Of a stretch of 64,000 nucleotides of DNA, positions 9,824 through 20,319 are shown in pieces; position 1 is the first letter of the stretch; every line of letters begins with the position of its first letter. The notes below the pieces were generated by a model that saw only the letters and a list, made by a program, of their open reading frames with translations, was not told the origin of the DNA and did no database searches. Position numbers and translations under genes: made by a program. Source of the stretch: Candidatus Latescibacterota bacterium. Lineage in GTDB: Bacteria > Latescibacterota > UBA2968 > UBA8231. The DNA lies in assembly GCA_965197905.1 (NCBI GenBank), contig CBDAOB010000004.1:960001-1024000 (forward strand). Direction: 5' to 3'.

Positions 9824-10063
9824 GTATAGGACAAATAAACACCGTTATCGATAGTTGCGCCGAGGGTCCGTGCCGCTCTGGTGGGGGTTTCGGGACATTT
9901 GCAAGGTATGGTCGGCTGGCCATGGGAAACGGCCGCGAAGCGCTATCGCGGATCTATTTCGGCCACCTGAACGCAGCTTTTGAGCAACCGCTCAAAACGG
10001 GTAGACATACCTCGCCCGCAGAGGATCAGGCGTAGTCGAATTGCGGTGGGATCTGGTCGCGCG
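9824..10063 (-). mobile_element. oriIS-like end, copy 4 (includes transposase stop region)
   Basis: Reverse complement is colinear with copies 1 and 2 from CCGCAATTCGACTACGCCTGA to GGTGTTTATTTGTCCTATAC, including the TTTTGAGC/GCTCAAAA hairpin. Confidence 0.85.
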
Positions 10064-10075
10064 GGAGCGAACGCC

Positions 10076-10101
10076 GGCGTCCACTCCGCCCCTCGTCACC
10101 A
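10076..10101 (+). other. Degenerate tRNA 3'-end fragment (possible att site)
   Basis: GGCG-TCCACT-CCGCC-CCTCGTC-A-CCA has the T-stem, 7-nt acceptor strand, discriminator and CCA layout; no 5' half is present. Confidence 0.4.
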
Positions 10102-10197
10102 GTAAAATCAAAAAGTTACAAGACTTGATGCCCGATCTTGTATTAGTACTCTCTGCTGCGTTGACCATTCACGACATCCAGCCAGTTAGCTGACATC

Positions 10198-11685
10198 ATG
10201 AAATATCTCTTCATCGATGACCATCACATAGAAGATACAGACAATCTGGCGCGGGTTTTACACCAACCCCGGAAATTCGGGGCCGTCCTGCGGCCGGAGC
10301 ATGGTTGGGAGAATATCGGCACCTGGATGAGGTCGGCGCCCATGTGGGATCCGACCGAGAAGGTCTACAAGCTGGTGTATCAGGCTATGTCCGAACCGGT
10401 GGGCTTGTCTGCGTCTGATCTCCTGATGGAATCCGCTTCTGCGCCAAAGAGATGGCAGAGCCACTACTGCTACGCCGTATCCACCAATGGGGTAGACTGG
10501 GAGAAGCCGTTCTTAGATCTGCATGAATACGACGGAGTGTCATGGGATGGGAAGCCGATTTCGGGTAAGAACAATATCATTCCCGGCGGATCAGACGGGG
10601 TTCGCGATCCCAACGACCCGGATCCCACCCGCAGGTACAAAGGCCAGCAACATTCGGATGACACCCGCTCGAAGAAGAAAAAGTTTGCCGTGTCTCCAGA
10701 CCTCTTCAACTGGACCTGGCTCGACGTGCCGTCCATTCCAAAGGGTGGGCACTCGACCCTGGTGTACGATGAGGAAAAGAAACTTTTCATAATCACCGTG
10801 AAGCGCAGGGGCCCTTACGGAAGGTCGGTCTGTCTTACGACGAGCACGGACTTCGTGAATTGGTCCGAAGCCGAGTTGATCTTTCATGCGGATCAGGTGG
10901 ACCAGGAGAACGGGAGGGAGAGGTTGGCGAGGTTCTTTGATGATTCCAACCACCTTCCCCCCGTATCGAACAGGACCGAGGAGTACAAGACCGATATCTA
11001 CCAGCTTTCCGTATTCCCGTACGAGAGCATTTATATAGGAATGCCGACAATGTTCCATCACTCGGGGAAAGAGCCACCCTTATATGAAAACGTGGATGGC
11101 CGTAAGACAGTCGAACTGGTCTGCAGCAGAAACCTGCACGACTGGGAAAGGGTAGCCGGCAGGAAACCCTTTATGGAACTGTCTCCGATCGGGGACGGCA
11201 GCGCCTATGATACAGGGCAGTTGCGGCCGGCGAACCGTCCTCTAGTCCGCAACAACGAGATTTGGTTTTACTACGGGGCTGCCAAACACCGCGGTATCAC
11301 GCAGGCTTCTGCGTTAGCGCGCGAGTACCTCGACTGAAGTGCGATCTGCATGGCGAAACTGCGGCTGGACGGGTTCTGCTCGCTGAAGGGTGGGATCGAA
11401 CCCGGAAGCGTCTTGACCGCCCCCGTCGAAGTGAGTCAAAACGAACTGCACATCAACGTGGATTCCTGGCGCGGACGCGTCAGGGCCGAAGTGCTCGATG
11501 CCTCCGACGGTCGGCCTGTACCGAGCTATTCGATGGAAGAGAGCATGCCGGTCGTGGCTGATCAGGTCGATGAGTCGATGCGCTGGAAACACAAGAGCGA
11601 TCTGTCCCAACTCGTGGGAAAGGTGGTCCGGATCCGTTTCTCGCTTTTGAGAGCGGAGCTGTATGCATTCTGGTTTGGCGGTTAA
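10198..11685 (+). pseudogene. Beta-propeller glycoside hydrolase-like protein (GH32/43/130-like fold) with one in-frame TGA
   Basis: LFIDD start, YAVSTNGVDWEKP, DPDPTRRYK, EIWFYYG. EYLD*SAICMAKLRLDGF continues in frame (TGA 11335-11337) into a C-terminal beta-sandwich ending LYAFWF. Confidence 0.75.
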
Positions 11686-11723
11686 GCGCGATCTGCGCGC
11701 CATGAAAAAAAGGAGTTTAGAAC

Positions 11724-12611
11724 ATGCTGGAGATGACCGAACGCGAGAAATTCCTCTTCGATCTGGAAGGGTATCTCATCGTTAAGGACTTTCTCACTCC
11801 CGACGAGGTCAAGGCTTTGAACGAAGCGGTGGACGCCAACGTCGTGCCAATGGAGGAGTACGAGTGGACGGGCCCCAATCGGTACGCCGGCGGCATGGAT
11901 GGGGAGTACGAAGTTCGCCATGCAACCGGAATGGTTACCTGGGACCAACCATGGTGTCAGCCGTTTCGCGATCTCATCGCCCATGCGAAGCTGATCCCAT
12001 ATGCAAACTCGCTCTTCGGCCGCGGCTGGAGGCTAGATTCGGAGCCTTTCATCATAATGGCTCGCAAGGGATGCGGTGGACATGGCCTCCACGGCTACAC
12101 CAGTCGCCACCACGACGGAGCCCAGTGCTACGCTTTTGCCAACGGCCAGTTCCGAACTGGATTGACGCAATTCCAATTCCAACTGCGGGATATCGAGGAG
12201 GGCAGTGGAGGAGTGACAGTCATGCCCGGCAGCCACAAGGCAAACTTCAAATGCCCGGAGGGTATCATGCTCTACAACACCGACCGGGAAGTCGTGCGCA
12301 ATGTAGGGTGCAAGGCCGGAGACCTAGTTATCTTCATGGAGGCCACGATTCACGGATCCCTGCCCTGGAAAGCGGATTACGAACGTCGGTCGCTCATCTA
12401 CCGATACAGTCCCAAATTCTGCAACTTCTCCCCGGGTATCTACGAGACGGAAATGCCCGAATGGTTCGACGAACTCACCGAGGTTCAGAAAGCGGTTCTG
12501 GAATCACCTTATGTCCATAGCAGACCCTTGATCGAAGACGACGTTGAAACACTGGTCCGTCCCAGTGCGGAGCCCAAGAATCACATTCCCCCCAAGCGCC
12601 ACGAATTCTAG
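11724..12611 (+). CDS. Phytanoyl-CoA dioxygenase family (PhyH-like) protein
   Basis: EKFLFDLEGYL, MPGSHK, AGDLVIF, HGSLPW and ERRSL. The first metal motif reads LHGY rather than HxD. Confidence 0.85.
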   Translation: MLEMTEREKFLFDLEGYLIVKDFLTPDEVKALNEAVDANVVPMEEYEWTGPNRYAGGMDGEYEVRHATGMVTWDQPWCQPFRDLIAHAKLIPYANSLFGRGWRLDSEPFIIMARKGCGGHGLHGYTSRHHDGAQCYAFANGQFRTGLTQFQFQLRDIEEGSGGVTVMPGSHKANFKCPEGIMLYNTDREVVRNVGCKAGDLVIFMEATIHGSLPWKADYERRSLIYRYSPKFCNFSPGIYETEMPEWFDELTEVQKAVLESPYVHSRPLIEDDVETLVRPSAEPKNHIPPKRHEF

Positions 12612-12694
12612 GTCAATAGCGGTCCACCACATGACAGTCGCGCCATCCATCACGACCCGTTGTTCCTGTCCTACATCCTGGACGCAGGGTGTCT

Positions 12695-13669
12695 TCAGTA
12701 TCCGGCCCGCTTGTCGCAAACGTATAGAAACGGCTCGCCGGCGAGGTACCGCCGCAGATTCTCCTTAAAGACCTCCCGCCGTCCGATATAGAGGCTCGGC
12801 GTGAGCGCCGACGCATGCGGCGTCAGGACAATGTTGGGGGTGTCCCACAACGGACTGTCGGGCGCGGGCGGCTCAGGATCGGTGGCGTCGAGGCCGGCTC
12901 CTGCGAGTTTTCCGGAGCGAACGGCCTCGGCCAACGCCTGCTCGTCGACGATGCCGCCGCGGGAGATGACGATCAGATGGGCGCTAGGTTTCATGATACC
13001 GATCCGTCGCCGGTCGATCATGTTCCGCGTCTCCGAGGTGACCGGAGCGGTGATCACGAACCAGTCCGACATCGCCAGGAGCTCGTCGAGCCGCTTGAGG
13101 CCCCAGACCTCCTTGGCGTACGGCGAGGAACGTGGGAACTTGTCAACGGCATACACCTCCATGTCGAAGCCCTGCGCCCGCTTGGCGACTCGTTCTCCGA
13201 TGTTGCCGAAGGCGAGGATACCCAGGGTCTGGCCTTCGAGGTCGATCTGACGCCAGGCGTAGTCGAGGCTCCGCCACTCCCTTCGCTGCTGGTCGTCGAC
13301 CATCTCATGGAGTCTCTGCCCGAGGGTGGTGATGAAGCCGAACACGTGGGTGGCCATCGGACTGACATGTGGCTCACGGGCGTTGGTTATCGGGATGTTG
13401 CTCTCGACCGCCTCCGGGATGGCAAGGACCCTGTCAATGCCGGTGCCCGGACAGTGAATCCATTTGAGGTTGGAGGCTGCCAGGTAGACGTCGCGGCTCG
13501 GCCAGCCGCAGTACACCTCGGCCTCCGGCACGGCGGCCATCTTCTCTTCTTCGGTTTCGCACCAGACGAAATCGACATCCGGAAAGGTCGCTTCCAGATC
13601 CAGGATGACGGCGTCGTCGGGCTCGTCGGGCCCAATGCCTCCAGCCATACGGGTTACTACGACTTTCAT
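12695..13669 (-). CDS. D-isomer-specific 2-hydroxyacid dehydrogenase
   Basis: LKWIHCPGTG, GILAFGNIG, ISRGGIVDE, GAGLD and LTPHAS motifs; start MKVVV after a GAAGGA RBS. Confidence 0.9.
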   Translation of the reverse strand: MKVVVTRMAGGIGPDEPDDAVILDLEATFPDVDFVWCETEEEKMAAVPEAEVYCGWPSRDVYLAASNLKWIHCPGTGIDRVLAIPEAVESNIPITNAREPHVSPMATHVFGFITTLGQRLHEMVDDQQRREWRSLDYAWRQIDLEGQTLGILAFGNIGERVAKRAQGFDMEVYAVDKFPRSSPYAKEVWGLKRLDELLAMSDWFVITAPVTSETRNMIDRRRIGIMKPSAHLIVISRGGIVDEQALAEAVRSGKLAGAGLDATDPEPPAPDSPLWDTPNIVLTPHASALTPSLYIGRREVFKENLRRYLAGEPFLYVCDKRAGY

Positions 13670-14248
13670 ACGTGTTCCTTCTATGAAGTTTTCGCCAATT
13701 TCGTCGCCAGCAATCGCCACCCGTTCCATGGCGCGAATTGAGGCATAGAGAGGTCGACAATCGCTTGCCCACCGGGGGGACGAGTTCACCCATAGAGGTC
13801 GAGGCGCCAGAGGCGATAGAGATCAGTGCTGCCCGCCGAAGCTCCGGGGAGTTTCCACCTGGTGAACTATCCCACGCCCTTGCTGCCCTGGCACATCGAC
13901 GAGAATCGGAGGGCCGGCCAGGACATGACGAGCTTTTTCGCTCTCCATGAAGTGAACCCGATTTACAAGATCTCCATCCGTTTCAACGACTTCAAGGTGA
14001 AGTGGACGGCTGCCATTGCAGGACAGTTCTCTGGAAGTGACTGGAGAGCCAGCAACCGTTGTAGTCCCGCAGGTGGAGCTTCACGAGGTGCTTCTCGTGG
14101 AGGTTTCAGAATGAAAGAAAGATCGACGGAATTTCACGTCGCCGCGGGCACGTCTCTCACTTCGCCCGAAAAGGACCTTTACGGTACCGTTACTCAGAGC
14201 GGTCCGATCATACTGACTCGATCCAAATCCTGACTGCTGGGGGCCGGT

Positions 14249-16522
14249 ATGGAGACGAACAACCCAGATGCAATCCTCCTGACTCCGAACGCGGATGCGT
14301 ATATCAGTGAGTTCAGCCTCACGCGAACTAGCTTGGATCTCAGTGTCGCCACATGGGTCGATCGCATAGAGGAAGATGCAACCCTCTGCTGGCGCACGAT
14401 CGGACCGGATGACATCGGTCCAACTCATAAATTTAAACCTGTCCGTTCTGCTCCCGGTTCCCCCAAGGTTGTCGGCAATCAGATGTTCTGGCTCGAACTT
14501 CACGAAATGAGGGGCCAGCTGCTGTTCAGAGATCTGGACTTGGAAACAGGAGAGGCGAGTCCCGTATCAGAAGTAGGTGCCCTCTCTGGGCAGAACTGCG
14601 GTGAGTTTACGGCCATAGTTGATCCGTCCGGCACCTCCTGGCTGCTTTGTGAGATATGGTGTGATCGGTTTGTGGAACTTCAACTGTTGAAGAATCGCGG
14701 CGGTGAATGGGAACTTGAACGAGTAATCGAGGGTGCCGAGAAGTTCTGTGCCCGTCCGCAATTGGCTGTCGATGGGGACAGACTTGCCTTGAGCTGGGAT
14801 GAATACCGTGACAACGCATACAGGGTCTCGACTCTCATCGTGTCGGCAGAAGGTGACTCCCTGCGATCCCTGCCCGCACCTGCTGGACATTCTGAAAGCC
14901 TTTCGGCGCTCGCCTTCTCCCGGGACAATGCATTATACGCGGCACGATGCCAAGAGAAGTTCGTAGATATCGGAGACGGGATCGCTAATTACCATTCCAA
15001 CCTGGTTGTTGCCAGACTCGATACGGAATCAGGAGACTGGGAGGACTTGGCCTCGGTAGATATCGATCACGCAATGAATCCGTGGATGGCCGCATACTGT
15101 GGTCTGCGACGGTTTCCAAGTCTCGCTGGTTCTGAACAGGGGTGCTGGCTTCTCTGGGAAGAGAAGGAAGATGTAAAAGAGATGAACCCTCCCTGGGGGC
15201 GGCTGTGCGCGATGCCAGTAGATCAACCTTCTGCGGACTCCGCCTCTCGGGTGATACTGGACAAGGAATCATTGCTCGTGATCGAGAGCGGTGCGCAGGG
15301 AGATCAATTCCTGGTGGCAGACCGGACCCGGCGACGGGCCTGGCAAAATCGGATCCCTTATTCCCTGCATCAGGTGGACCTCTCCAAAACTTTTGAGCTT
15401 CGACCTGCTGATCTTGAGAGCAATAAGTCGTGTATCGAATTCTCTTTCAGAAGTCCGGCTGAGACCGAACGGCCAAGAATGGAAAACGGACACCGACTGT
15501 TCTTTGGTGACCCGCATATTCACTCAAGATGGTCCCAAGATCTCGAAGGGGAACAGGATGAGCTGTATCATCTCGCCAGGGACATAGCCGAGATCGATTT
15601 CATTGCGTTTACGGAAAATGATATCCACTGGTATGCGGCAGAAACTTTCTCGGAAGCACAGTGGCAGCGGAACCGCAGGAACGCTGAATTCTTTAATCGA
15701 CCGGGCAAGTTTACCGCTATCCTTGGCTGGGAGTACACCAAGTGCGGGAACCCGGAGACAGGGGATAAACACACCTCCCACCGATGTGTCCTGCTTCCCG
15801 GCGATGACGGTCAGATTCATTGCTGGTATGAGGGAGATGTACCAAATCCTCCGGACCTGGCCAGGAAGCTGCACGGGGAGAAGATCCTGCTTCATCATCA
15901 CCACCCGAATGGATATGACATCACCGATGATACTCTGGAACGAAACATCGAAATCTGCAGCGGCTGGTGGAACTGTATGGACCGGCCCGAGTTCGCAGAC
16001 AAACTCCATGAACTTCTTGACCAGGGGTTTCAGCTGGGGTTCTTTGGCGGCAGTGATAATCATGAACGGACGCCCGGCATCGGAGGCGCGTTGACCGGTG
16101 TCTGGGCGGAAGAGAACACCCGGGAAGCAATCTTCGACGCGTTTTGGAACCGGAGAGTTTTTGCCACGACAGGGCTGAGGCCAGATTTACGATTCAAGGT
16201 ATCTGGCTGCTTCATGGGAGGCAGGACAGAGACAGATCAATCCCCATCGGTGGAGCTGAACGTCAGATGTGACGTGCCGCTCCGGGAAGCAAGAATCGTG
16301 CGAGACGGGTCAGTCATTCAGACCTTGGATGTCGACGAGCTCCGGCTGGATTGGAAGTGGGGAGACGAGGATTGTTAGCCCGGCAGTCATTACTATTACG
16401 CTCATGTCCTGTTTGAAGGCAGCGAATCGAACCCATATTGGAACGTTGCCAGCGTATACGGCGTCAACGCTTGGTCCAGCCCGGTATGGGTGGAACGTAA
16501 TGCGCAATTGGGTATTGCGTGA
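14249..16522 (+). pseudogene. DUF3604/PHP-domain metallohydrolase-like protein with one in-frame TAG
   Basis: FFGDPHIHS, GWEYT, GGSDNH and GVWAEENTREAIFDA...RRVFATTG. After the TAG at 16376-16378 the frame continues PGSHYYYAHV...AWSSPVWV to TGA 16522. Confidence 0.8.
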
Positions 16523-16572
16523 TTACGTAATACTTGGCCCTTTAGTGCGCTACCCTTTGCCGACACAGCCCC

Positions 16573-16620
16573 CAAATGCCCCGAAAAACGCCCGCACCAG
16601 AGCGACACGGACCCTCGGCA
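16573..16620 (+). mobile_element. Partial oriIS-like repeat, copy 5 (terminus missing)
   Basis: CAAATGCCCCGAAAAACGCCCGCACCAGAGCGACACGGACCCTCGGC matches the internal block of copies 1-4. Confidence 0.7.
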
Positions 16621-16784
16621 TAGGGGGCTCTCGGACATCCCGTCGTTTTGCGACAGAGCGGAGTCGGTCCGGTCAGGCCGAAGACTGCCATGCACCGGCG
16701 TCGGCGATTGACAGTCATAGCACGACTGGTTAACGTGCCTTTGCGCGAGCGACCGTCTTGGCAGGTTTAAAAAAGGAGGCTCTC

Positions 16785-17474
16785 TTGAATCGCGATTTTA
16801 CGATGTTTTCGATTCTCATTGGACTTTGCGCTCTAGTTGCCGTTCCGGCCACCGCACACGGGGACGAACACGAAGCTATGAGCACTACGCTCGCGGTTAT
16901 GGATCAGCGCATTGAGGAGTCAGTGGGTCAGTGGGGTCGTGGGTATCAACTCTACGTGCTGTGGCCGGATTCGAAAAAGGGTGCCAGCGCTAAAAAGTTG
17001 CCCAAGCCAGAAGGGTGGCTAAAAGCCGCAAACGGCAGTCTGAAACAGAAAGTCAAGCTGACTGGAAAAACGGTGCATACTGCTCGGCTTAGCCTTGGGT
17101 TCCTCCTTCTCACCAAGACCAAGAAGGATGCGGTCAAAGGAGACAAGGATACCATCCGCAGATACGCCGTTTTGGAACATGACCCGATCTTTACGCCTGG
17201 AGATCCGCAGGTGGCGACTTGGCTGGAAAGGGTTGGTGCGGAGTACGAGGACAAGTACACGTTTTACGTACTCTACCCGCGAGCGCTGCCAGTTCCCCCT
17301 GGTTGGCGGGACGCGTATTATGTGGGTGGAAGTCTGATCCCGGCCAATCTGTATGAAGACCTCGCGAATATGGATGGCAAAGGCGCATTGACTTTCAAGG
17401 GTCACTCCAAGAAGAAGTGGAAGCGGAAATATTTGATTATTGAAGCTGAGGAACAGACTGAATCGAGCGAGTAA
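16785..17474 (+). CDS. Hypothetical exported protein
   Basis: AAGGAGG RBS before a TTG start, signal-peptide-like N-terminus (A-T-A|H), Lys-rich; no family recognised. Confidence 0.6.
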   Translation: MNRDFTMFSILIGLCALVAVPATAHGDEHEAMSTTLAVMDQRIEESVGQWGRGYQLYVLWPDSKKGASAKKLPKPEGWLKAANGSLKQKVKLTGKTVHTARLSLGFLLLTKTKKDAVKGDKDTIRRYAVLEHDPIFTPGDPQVATWLERVGAEYEDKYTFYVLYPRALPVPPGWRDAYYVGGSLIPANLYEDLANMDGKGALTFKGHSKKKWKRKYLIIEAEEQTESSE

Positions 17475-17496
17475 ACACCTTTTGCGCACGACTTGT

Positions 17497-17532
17497 AAAA
17501 CCGGCTCGGTGAGCAATCGGCCGGTTTTTTTC
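17497..17532 (+). terminator. Rho-independent terminator
   Basis: AAAACCGGC...GCCGGTTTTTTT hairpin with a U-tract just after the stop at 17474. Confidence 0.75.
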
Positions 17533-17614
17533 GTGCGCTCAGATTGTCGTATGTCACCGAATACGTAGAACACGCGCGCTGAGTCTACAGGGACACCGAT
17601 CGCGCTCGATTGCG

Positions 17615-17656
17615 CGCTATTGTATGTGAGACAGTCGCTATTGTATGTGAGACAGT
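17615..17656. repeat. Perfect 21-bp tandem duplication
   Basis: CGCTATTGTATGTGAGACAGT twice, directly before ATG 17658. Confidence 0.95.
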
Positions 17657-17657
17657 A

Positions 17658-18670
17658 ATGGAATTCGACCTCCGTAATTCTCAACTATTCCTTGATGATG
17701 CTATAATCGAACAATCGGTTCGGTTGCAGCGGGTGATGCATCAGCCCCACAAGTATTTCGACAATCCCGTATATACCGTTGGGGCTCCATGGGAAGGCAA
17801 TGGGATCGTTTATCTTGGCGGCGTGTATATCGATCCGGCCGATGGGCTATGGAAAGCGTGGTACGTAACGCTCTCGCCGCCGGAATATCCGGAAATACAG
17901 TTCGCCATTTGTATGATCGTGTCCGACGATGGCATCCACTGGCGTCGGCCCGAACTGGACGTGTATCGCGGTCGTAACGGCGAGATGACGAATATCGTCC
18001 TGGACCTCGGCCCGGCAGGGCGCACAACAGCGCCGACCATCCTTCACGAGCCGGACGCTGACGAGCCGTGGACCATGTTTATCAGCCTGTGCTGGCCGCC
18101 CGACAGCAAACACTACCTGGGGTATTTCCTGAAATCTCCTGATGGCGTCCACTGGCGCTGGGTTCAGGAGCGCCCAAACGGATTCGAACACGGACTCCAC
18201 GACCGTACAACGGCAACCTTCAGCGGCAATCCCGACTACCCCTATCTCCTCATCGGACGGGGCAAAGAGGATATCGCACGCTGGAACCTACCGCGAACCG
18301 CCCACAGACTCGCGTGCAGCCTTACGGAGGCCGAACCTGGCGAGCCGACGAGGGTGCTCGTTCCGGACCTTGAAGACGATCCGGCGGGCTACCTATCGAG
18401 TGGCCGGGAGGCGAACTGAGTATCAACGCGGCGGTTCTCGGCGGCAGCGGCGCGGGTGAGCTCCGCTGTGAGGTATTGACGGAAGCGCTCGATCCGATAT
18501 CGGGTCTGTCCCTCGCGGACGCCGATCCTGTAACGAGTGATAGTACGGCTCTACGGCAGACGTGGAACGGCGACGCGAAGAAGATCGACTCGTTGCGAGG
18601 GCAGCAGATCCGACTGCGCTTCCACCTGGACAATATGGACCTGTTCAGCTTCAAAGCGGATTCATCATAG
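17658..18670 (+). pseudogene. Beta-propeller hydrolase-like protein, internally deleted
   Basis: QLFLDD, SDDGIHWRRPEL and SPDGVHW. After DLEDDPAG (near 18390) it jumps out of frame to C-terminal PIEWPGGELSINA...IRLRFHL...LFSF. Confidence 0.75.
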
Positions 18671-18711
18671 ATACATTCGGGTTGGGGAATTCTGGTAAGA
18701 GGAGTAGCCGA

Positions 18712-20319
18712 GTGGAGAAAGAGAGGAACGCTGCACGCTGGCGGAAACGACGCCTAATCTACAATAATGATGGAAGTGATGTGTACGAGGCGAAAGGTCG
18801 GCATGACGCCAAGATGCAATTCACCTCGCGCAGCGGCGGCCAGTTGAAGGATGACTTTCTGAACGCGCGCAGCACGCGACTGGTTGGAACGCAGGTAGAC
18901 AGCATCTGCTATTGCAGTTGCCTGGGTGGCGTAATGTTCTCACACCACACAAAATTGGGTGGATTCCTCAGAAAAGAGCTTCCACAGGAACTCGTGGACA
19001 AGTACGGGTGCGACAATCTCCAGATCCAGCTTGACTTCTGTCGCGCACGCGATATGGAGGCGTTGTGGTCCATGCGCATGAACGATACTCACGATGCCTA
19101 TCCTGTGGGCCCGTGGCGATACGGTCTGGCCCCCTTCAAGCGGGAGCATCCCGAATACATGATGGGCGAGCCGGATGACTGGGAGAGATATCCAGAGGGA
19201 CCAAGACACGAGTGGTCTTCTCTTGATTTCAACTTTCCAGAGGTCCGGGAGCACGTGTTCTCGTTGATTCGGGAAGTATGCCAGGGATACGCGGTTGACG
19301 GCGTGGAGCTGGACTTTCTCCGGCACCCCAAGTACTTCGCACCCACGGTAGATGGACTTCCAGCCGAGGAGCAGCACCTGGAGATGATGACCGACCTGTT
19401 GCGGCGCATACGGGGTATGGCCGGGGAAGTGGGCCGGCAAAGAGGGCTTCCGCTGCTGCTGGCAGCGCGCACGCCGTTTTCTGTCGAGGATTCGAGATTT
19501 GTCGGACTGGATGTCGAAAAGTGGCTACAGGAAGATCTCATCGACATTCTGATCGCTGGCGGTCTTCACGAGTCGACAATGACGGAGTCGTTCCAAGAGA
19601 TCGTCGACTTGGGGCACCGTTACGATGTGCCGGTGTATCCCGCTATCAGCTGGGGTTTCTGGCAGTGGTGGGCCTTCCTCGACCTGGGAGCCGGAAAACA
19701 CAGGACACTCGAATCCTGGCACAAAGACCTGCGCCAGGAGAACACGCCCAGTTTCGTGGCGCTCAGTTCGTGGGAAGGAACAATGGCGGCCTGGCGCGGC
19801 GCAGCGATGAATCTGTGGAATGCCACTCCAGACGGGATCTATATCTTCAATGGTTTTCACGCAACGAACATCGACATATTTCGGGAACTCGGAGATCCCG
19901 AAACGATGGCAAACAAGGACAAGATATTCGGCGTGGACCGGTTCGAGGGAGACTCTAGTTTCAAAAAAGCGCGCGAAACGGAGCTGGAGCCGGGAGAACC
20001 CCTGAGCACCCACTTCCAGGTGGGCGAGGATTGCACTTCGGAAAACATCTCGACGTTGCGATTCCGCCTGCACTTCTGGGACTTAGCTGACAATGACCAC
20101 CTAGCCGTGAAACTCAACCACCAACCCCTTCGTGATCTCAGGCCGGCTGACCCCATCCGGCCGCCTTCAGGGGCGCAATGGCTGGAATGCCAGCTAGATC
20201 CCGCACAGGTAAGGAGGGGAGAGAACAGGGTTGAATTGACGGTGAGGAAGCGAGATGACTCTATGCAGACACCCCTCGTCTTGGACGCGGTGCAACTGCA
20301 TGTTCGCTACGAGTCCTAG
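18712..20319 (+). CDS. Putative TIM-barrel glycoside hydrolase-like protein (GHL10/DUF187-like) with C-terminal beta domain
   Basis: RRLIYNNDG, SMRMNDTH, LDFNFPEVR, DGVELDFLRH and DGIYIFN; GTG start after AGAGGAG. Confidence 0.7.
   Translation: MEKERNAARWRKRRLIYNNDGSDVYEAKGRHDAKMQFTSRSGGQLKDDFLNARSTRLVGTQVDSICYCSCLGGVMFSHHTKLGGFLRKELPQELVDKYGCDNLQIQLDFCRARDMEALWSMRMNDTHDAYPVGPWRYGLAPFKREHPEYMMGEPDDWERYPEGPRHEWSSLDFNFPEVREHVFSLIREVCQGYAVDGVELDFLRHPKYFAPTVDGLPAEEQHLEMMTDLLRRIRGMAGEVGRQRGLPLLLAARTPFSVEDSRFVGLDVEKWLQEDLIDILIAGGLHESTMTESFQEIVDLGHRYDVPVYPAISWGFWQWWAFLDLGAGKHRTLESWHKDLRQENTPSFVALSSWEGTMAAWRGAAMNLWNATPDGIYIFNGFHATNIDIFRELGDPETMANKDKIFGVDRFEGDSSFKKARETELEPGEPLSTHFQVGEDCTSENISTLRFRLHFWDLADNDHLAVKLNHQPLRDLRPADPIRPPSGAQWLECQLDPAQVRRGENRVELTVRKRDDSMQTPLVLDAVQLHVRYES

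Noticed and set aside
203..10063. Dispersed repeats read as a CRISPR array or integron attC sites
   Set aside because: The copies are 85-240 bp, irregularly spaced and on both strands. They lack constant-length spacers and RYYYAAC/GTTRRRY ends, no cas or intI gene is present, and they follow IS91 transposase sequence.
10040..10101. Complete tRNA gene
   Set aside because: No D-arm or anticodon arm can be folded and the upstream sequence belongs to the oriIS repeat; kept only as a 3' fragment.
13740..14233. ORF 13826-14233 as a real gene
   Set aside because: It looks like joined scraps with no RBS-linked start or recognisable family; not supportable.
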